Assembly: GCF_009914755.1 (NCBI RefSeq) | Contig: NC_060932.1 | Length of the DNA stretch: 64,000 nucleotides | Reading direction: 5' to 3' (one strand) | From: the human T2T-CHM13v2.0 reference genome, Homo sapiens | Shown here: piece by piece, positions 57,710 to 64,000 of the stretch | Numbering within the stretch: position 1 is the first letter of the stretch | Layout: every line of letters starts with the position of its first letter | Position numbers and translations under genes: made by a program | The notes under the pieces: generated by a model | What the model was told of the DNA's origin: nothing | The model's database searches: none | What the model saw: only the letters and a program-made list of their open reading frames with translations

Positions 57710-58460
57710 ACATCAAGTCATGATTAAGAACAGGGACTCTGGAGTAATACTGCACCCTTAGCTGTGTCTCTGGGACAGTAATTTACCTTTCTGGGACTCA
57801 CTTTCCTCCCTTGTACAGAGGAGTGTACGCATACTCATAAGGTGTTTGTGAAGATTGAATTAATTAAGTAAAAGCACTTAAAACAGGGCACAGCACATAT
57901 GAAGCCCTCCATAAGTGTTAGCTGCTATCATTTATTTATTGAGCATCTGAGTGCCAAATGCTAAAGAAATATGATCATAATCTTCAGGAAAAATATAGTC
58001 TGGCCAGAAGAAACAGACACATCCACAAATGTATGCAATCTTGTGTTGTAGGTGTGGATTCCATAAAGATCCCATGGACATTACCGATGGCAGAGCCAGC
58101 TTTCTCATGTCAAGGTCATAAAAGGCCTCCTGGAGGACAAACATTCTTTTCTTTGAAGTAGACGTCACTGTGCTCATGGGTTTCTTTTCCCCCAGGATAT
58201 ATTTATGCAAGTATATTTATAAGGGTAGTGGTTTTTTAGATAGAACACTGAAGTCAGGGTTTATAAATGTTAGTTTCCAGTCCCAATTATGAAGTGTACT
58301 AACTGACTTGGGAAAGTAGCTTTTGAGCCTCAACTTCCACCAGCAAAATGGAGTTAGTAATAACTGTTCTATTTCATTGTTTTTGTGAAGTTCAAATAAC
58401 ATAGCTATGAAAACACTTTATAAGATATAAAGCACTGTGTGAATAAAATATATTAATTAT
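57710..58460 (+). mobile_element. Two MIR copies (~57710-57935, ~58215-58460)
   Basis: MIR cores 'tagctgtgtctctgggacagtaatttacctttctgggactcactttcctc' and 'tgacttgggaaagt...gagcctcaacttcc...aaaatggag'. Confidence 0.72.
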
Positions 58461-58903
58461 TATCTTATAAAGTCCATAATACTTTCTCCTCAGAAGAGTG
58501 CCAGTTCCAATTATTTGGCAGTGATTGCCTACAATGCTGGGTGCAGATATGAAGCTACATCTGTTCCCTATTGAGAAGAATACCCTGATCAATAAGCAAT
58601 GACTCCCTTTGGTACATGCTAAGGACAAGGGACATGGGTTAGTTCATATTTACAGAATTTGTTTCATACAATATCAGAACCAAAGCAGATAAATGCTTCT
58701 GCATGAATGTAACCTAGAAAAGGAACCTAGTATTATTGCAGCATTAAACAACAAAAAAATTATATGTGTGTGGAAAATAACTGTTTTCTAATGGTTTCAA
58801 ATTGTTACTTGTTAGAAGCCAGTAAAAATTTCTGGCTTTGTTTTAAAAGGCCTGCGCTTTTCACAGTTCTTCATACAGGTGACCGAAACACTGATTATTC
58901 TAG

Positions 58904-59291
58904 TGCTATGAACTGAATTTTGTTCTTCCACAAGTCCTATATTGAAGTCTTAACCCCCAGTGTGACTGTATTGGAGATAGATTTGTTGGCAGGTAACTGA
59001 GGTAAAATGAGGTTGTAATTATGTGCTACCAATCCAATAGGAGTTGTGTTCTTATAAAAGGCAACACCAGAGAGCTCGCTTTGTCTCTTCCCATGAGTGC
59101 TCAGAGCATGAACCATGTGAGTAAAAAGCAGCCACCTGCAAGCCAGGAAGAGGGACCTCACCAGAAACTGAATTTCCTGGAACCTTGATGTTGGACTTTC
59201 CAGCCTCTATAACTGTGAGAAAATTCATTTCTGTTGTTTATGCTGCCCAGTATCTGGCATTCTGTTATAGCAGCTCTGGCAGATTAATACA
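58904..59291 (+). mobile_element. MLT1A-like solo LTR
   Basis: 'tgctatgaactgaat...gcaagccaggaagagggacctcaccagaaac...ttggactttccagcct...taataca'. Confidence 0.88.
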
Positions 59292-60659
59292 CCTTGTAAT
59301 ATTCATAATTACCGTGAGATATTCTTGTTACCAGGAGAATGTGAGAGAGACATTCTGGAGCTGTGACATTGTCATTCAAGTATATGGTCGCCTCCAGAGT
59401 AGCAATCAGGAACATAAGACCCAGGTAGCATCAAGGCTGTGGAACCCAGGACAAATCAAGTTATCCAGGAGATAAAGGCAAGAGACAAAGTTACCGCTAG
59501 TGGTCAGGAAACAGAGTGAGTAGTCACCAGGCTTAGGCAGTAAGAATCAGGCTGGATGCTGGGAATTCGGGAAGCCTGAGTGAAGGATCCAAGGCCCCGC
59601 AGCAGTGATGTGAACCTGGTGCTAAAGTAAGGGCTGTTTCATTGGATAGTCTTCTAGACTTGCTGCCTGGGCAGGACCTGGCATGAGAGAAAAATGTAAC
59701 TCTGAATTCAGGGTGAAGCTGGGAAAAAGTCACCACTTTCAAGTGTTTGAGATGAGTACCTGTTGGTAGATCCAGATATTAATTTCTCAGGAGGAGAGGA
59801 ACCTAAGACTCGGGGTAGATAGTTCCAATGGGTAATTTGCAGTTTTAAAAGTGCAATGTGCCACTATATACACAACATATTGCTTGTTTGTGAAAAATTG
59901 CAGGTGACTTATTTTACCTCTTTTTTTCCCCAGTAACCATAACTAATAGCATGCCTGTACTACTTTAATTAAGCATGGCCTCTTACATAATAGAAATTCC
60001 CTTGGGTGCAAGTAATGGTACCTAGAGCAATTTGAAACATGCTTACTCACACACACTGGAGAAGAAAGGGCACATGAGGATAGAATCCATTCAGTTACCA
60101 AGAGGAGGTACATGACCTTTTTCTGTGGAGCGTTTCAAATACAGAGTTACAGCTGCTCCACGGGGCAGGTGTGATTCTGTGGGGATGGGCCTTCCAGTTT
60201 CCCCTGTTGCTCCTAAAATTACATACGTAAAATATGTTCTCTGGAAACGATCTGCATAACATCTGTTCTCTTCATTTCTTCCTATTCTGTAGAAGACTAT
60301 CTAATTAGAAAGATAAAATAAGGGATTAAAGCAATAGCATTTAATGTGTACCATTCACAGGAAGTAACTTTTTTTGGTCAATTTTCAAGAGATGCCAGGT
60401 GAAAATTGAAACCTGTAGATAACTACCTCAACTTAATACTTCCACTTGCACATCTTATCACAGTATACAAAATCCAAAATTCAAAAAGAAATGCTTCCAT
60501 AAAAATCATGTTTTCTTACAAAAAGATAGCATCGGTTTTTGTAAAACAATTATATTTCTATGAAAAGCAAGTAAAAACCAAATGGTAGTTTACACTGTGA
60601 AAAGTTAAGCATTGAGTCTGGGAATGTTTCCCAATGAAAGTTAGCATTATCTAATCTAG

Positions 60660-61158
60660 GTTATATTCATTTCCTGTTGCTGTAGTAACAAGGAACCATG
60701 AACTTAGTGGCTTGAGACAATAAACATATTATTTAACAGTTCTGTAGGTTACAAGTCAAACACAGCTAAAAATCAAGGTGTTGGCATGGCTGCCTTCCTC
60801 CCTGAAGGCTCTGCAGGAGAATCCATGTCCTTGCCTTCAACCCTTTTGCTTGTGGCCCCTTTTTGTCATATTCAAAGCAACTTCAGGTCGAGTTCTTCTC
60901 ACATTGCATCACTCCAACCTTCTGTAGTCACACCTGTCTCTCACACCGTCCCCTTTTCCTTCTCCCTCTTCTACTTTGAAGGACCCTTATGATTACATTG
61001 GGCCTACCCAGATAATCCAGGATAATCTTTCTATTTTATGGTCAGCCAAAAACAACCTCAGTTTTCTTTTACTGTTTAACCTAAAATATCCATAGCCTCC
61101 AGGATTAGGATATGGACATCTTTGGGATATGGGTGGTGAACATTATTCTGCCTACTAT
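60660..61158 (-). mobile_element. MLT1D/C-like solo LTR
   Basis: 'aacttagtggctt...aaatcaaggtgttggca...gattacattgggcctacccagataatccaggataatct...ggacatctttggg'. Confidence 0.87.
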
Positions 61159-62364
61159 TTCTAAAATAACGACTAAAAACACCATCTCCTCTGAGTATCT
61201 CTCTACATTAAAGAACACGGACTCACCAATTTGTGAATAAAAGAAATGTAAGATCAAAGCCACCTCCTAACCACAGATCTGGCAGTGGAAGAATAGATTC
61301 TCCAGCCCAGGGGAGAGTAAAGGGTTACAGGTCCCATTCATTTAGAAAGACGGTGGGTGAGGGAGGCAGCCTAAATCCTAAAATATTCCTGGGTCCATTC
61401 GTTGTTCAAGGGATTGGTAGAAATATGCCCTGTGAGTACAAGCAAAGGTAACACAACTGCACGGGCGAGAGGTCCTGCCTTGTTATCTTATGGGCTGGAT
61501 GTCTATGGGAGGAGCTTCGGAGCTACTTGAGAGAGGCCAGAAGAATGATGGGCTGCCCATTCACAGGTAACTACCAAACCTTCAAAATTACACACCTGAA
61601 AGTCAGTCCATCCCTTGCATATCAAAAATACTTGAGCCCGAGTTGAAACTTCCCATAACCCACCCTGCTTAAAGCCTAATGGGTTCAAATACATTAGGAA
61701 ATAGTTTGATCACAAATGAAGAAAATTCTGTCATAAAAAAAATCTATTTGGAGGTCATAATTCCAAAAGGAAATTATTCTTTGGGCCTTTCAAAATACTT
61801 ATGAAATAAAAGTTTATAATCTGAATAAAAGGAAATAATCACGTCATTTAGTTTGACATGTATCTTTAATAATCAAAATGTAACTGGAAACTTTTAAAAT
61901 TTATTCTAAGTCAACTTTCACATAGGTAATTTGACCCATTTTTGCTCATTGCAATAACTAATATGTTTAGCTACAAAAGTGTCAGATTCATTTATGCTTC
62001 TTGATTTTGATTCTCACTTATCCTTGCCTTTATTTCCTGTAGTTTGCTATGTTGACTATGTTTTAATTTTATTAAATTTTGGCTAATTAACTAACATGTA
62101 GTAGTTTTCCATTTTGCTAGACATTTACATTTTGATTTTAGGATCCTTATATTAACAATATTTCTTTATTCAATTCTATACTCAAATTGTAAATTCAACA
62201 CCACATTGAAGGTATAAGAGAGAGCAAAAGAAGGTTCTACCCAAAGGAACTTACTCTCTAGGAAGGAATGTACATGTACTAAACAAGTGAAAAAGTAATC
62301 AAAGTGCTTATTGTGCTAAGTACTATGGGAACTAAGCAAAGCAATGAGTTGGAGAATAAGTAGG

Positions 62365-63230
62365 GGAAACATCCAAATAAGCTCAATTAGAAATGAAGTG
62401 GGAGATATTACAACAGATACCACAGGCATACAAAGACATACAAAAAAATCATTCAATGCTACTATGAACACCTGTATGTGCATAAAAAAAGACATAACAA
62501 CAACAAAATCTACAGACAAATATCCCTGATGAACATAGATGCAAAAATCCTCAACAAAATACTAGCTAACCAAATCCAACAGCATATCAAAAAGATAATC
62601 CACCATGATCAAGTGGGTTTCATACCAGGGATGCAGAGATGGTTTAACATACACAAGTCAATAGATACGATACACCACGTAAACAGAATTAAAAACAAAA
62701 ATCACATAATCATCTTAATGGATGCAGGAAAAGCATTTAACAAAATCCAGCATCCCTTTATGATTAAAACCCTCAGCAAAATAAGCCTAGAAGCAACATA
62801 CCTTAAGGTAATAAAAGCCATCTATGACAAACCCACAACCAATCATTATACTGAATGGGGAAAAGCTGAAAGCTTTCCCCCTGAGAGCTGGAACAAGACA
62901 AGGATGTCTACTTTCACCACTTCTATGTAACAAAGTACTGGAAGCCCTAGACAGAGCAATCAGACAAGAGAAAGAAATAAAGGGCATCCAAATTGGTAAA
63001 GAGGAAGTCAAACTGTCGCTCTTCGCTGATGATATGATTGTACACCTAGAAAACCCTAAAGACTCATCCAAAACGCCCCTGAATCTGATAAATGAATTCA
63101 ATAAAGCTTCAAGATACAAAATTAGTGTAGAAAAATCAGTAGCACGGCTATACACAAACAGCGACCAAGCTGAGAATCAAATCAAGAACTCAATCCCTTT
63201 TATAACAGGTGCAAAAGAAATAAAATAAAA
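62365..63230 (+). mobile_element. Internal L1 ORF2 (RT) fragment, L1PB-like, lacking both ends
   Basis: [48 protein letters not shown]; internal deletion near 62485; no 3'UTR. Confidence 0.92.
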
Positions 63231-63519
63231 TTTTAAGGAGAGGAGTAACATTTGGGATTAATGTGTATTCTGGGAATCTCAACAAAGTAAGTGCATAGTT
63301 TGAGTTTTCATAAGACTTCTGCACAGGCAGAGAGAAATAAGATCATGTCTATAGCTGTGTGATGATCATATTAAAAATATTACTAAGTTTTTAAATATCA
63401 TTTCAAATGGTTCATTTGTATCTCACATTGGACATAAGTAGATCGTAAGGTTAATGGAAAGTAGAAAAGTTAACTGACTTGCATGACCATAAAAGAGACA
63501 TCGATCTGAAAAAGAAACA

Positions 63520-63525
63520 TTTATT
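63520..63525 (-). promoter_or_regulatory. Candidate polyadenylation signal AATAAA
   Basis: TTTATT on the + strand just beyond the repeat array; the minus strand continues TGTTTCTTTTTCAGATCGATGTCTCTTTT (U/GU-rich). Confidence 0.35.
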
Positions 63526-63579
63526 CATTTACTTCAGCTGCAGTTTTCTTGACTGCTGAATTTCATGAAAAGGGATTGT

Positions 63580-64000
63580 TCAGGGAGGGTTATGGAGCTG
63601 AAGGTCCGGACAGGAGCTGGTGCTACCGCTGTTCAAATCTGAAGGTAGTGGAGATGGAGCCTTGGGGAGGAGATGGTGCTGCATTTTAAGTCTGAAAATC
63701 ATTGAGCTGGAGGTTCACGGAGGAGCCGGTGCTGCCACTGATGTCTTAGGTTGTAGAGCTGAAGACCAATTAAGGAGCTGGTGTTGCTGTTCTTCTGTGA
63801 GGGTCGTGGAGCTGGAGATCCAGTGGGGAGAGGTGTTCTAATTTGAGGGTCATGCAGCTGGAGACCTGGGAGAAACTGATGTTTTTTTAATTGGAGGGTC
63901 ATGGAGCTGGAGACTTGGGGAGGAGCTGGTGTTTTTCTAGTTTCAGAGTTGTGGAGCTGGAGACCCAGGGAGCAGCTGGTGTTTTTCTAATTTCAGGGTC
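63580..64000 (-). repeat. Degenerate ~50-bp tandem repeat array (at least 8 units), running off the window
   Basis: The GAGCTG(G/A)AG-type anchor recurs at 63595, 63651, 63704, 63756, 63809, 63855, 63904 and 63954 (spacing 46-56 bp). Confidence 0.9.
63699..64000 (-). CDS. Possible repeat-encoded Pro/Ser/Gln/Leu-rich ORF, 5'-incomplete; may be non-coding
   Basis: Frame is stop-free from the window edge to TGA at 63699-63701 (~100 codons): PEIRKTPAAPLGLQLHNSETRKTPAPPQVSSSMTLQLKKHQFLPGLQLHDPQ...EPPAQ*. Confidence 0.25.

Noticed and set aside
59330-59830. Purine-rich segment vaguely like an ancient Gypsy-type LTR
   Set aside because: Could not match termini or diagnostic motifs confidently; needs a Dfam search.
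63580-64000. Repeat array considered as CRISPR-like repeat-spacer structure
   Set aside because: Eukaryotic context, no cas genes, and the inter-motif segments are homologous to each other rather than unique spacers.

Overview
AT-rich primate (very likely human or great-ape) genomic DNA, intergenic or intronic in character, with roughly half of the window made of interspersed repeats. No host protein-coding exon could be recognised. Every ORF with a recognisable product is LINE-1 derived, and the other short ORFs look like Alu/LTR/chance frames. Main content: the 3' 1.9 kb of a young L1PA2-like element whose ORF2 carries a nonsense codon; a full-length, TSD-flanked but decayed L1PA7-like element (21.5-28.0 kb); an internal L1PB-like fragment; about 11 Alus; many solo MaLR/ERVL LTRs (MLT1, MST, THE1, LTR16, MER77-like); DNA-transposon MITEs (MER20, MER5, MER2, MER44, MER46/Tigger4, MER63); and L2/L3/MIR relics. 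Less ordinary items: a 3'-truncated U2 snRNA retrocopy, a heavily decayed RTE/L4-type reverse-transcriptase relic near 9.3-9.9 kb, and a degenerate ~50-bp tandem array at the right edge. That array is open as a minus-strand reading frame for at least 100 codons and is followed by an AATAAA and a GU-rich element, making it the best candidate for something uncharacterised. Repeat subfamily names come from recalled consensus sequences, not from a database search, and boundaries of old repeats are approximate. I found no convincing evidence of a new biological system.
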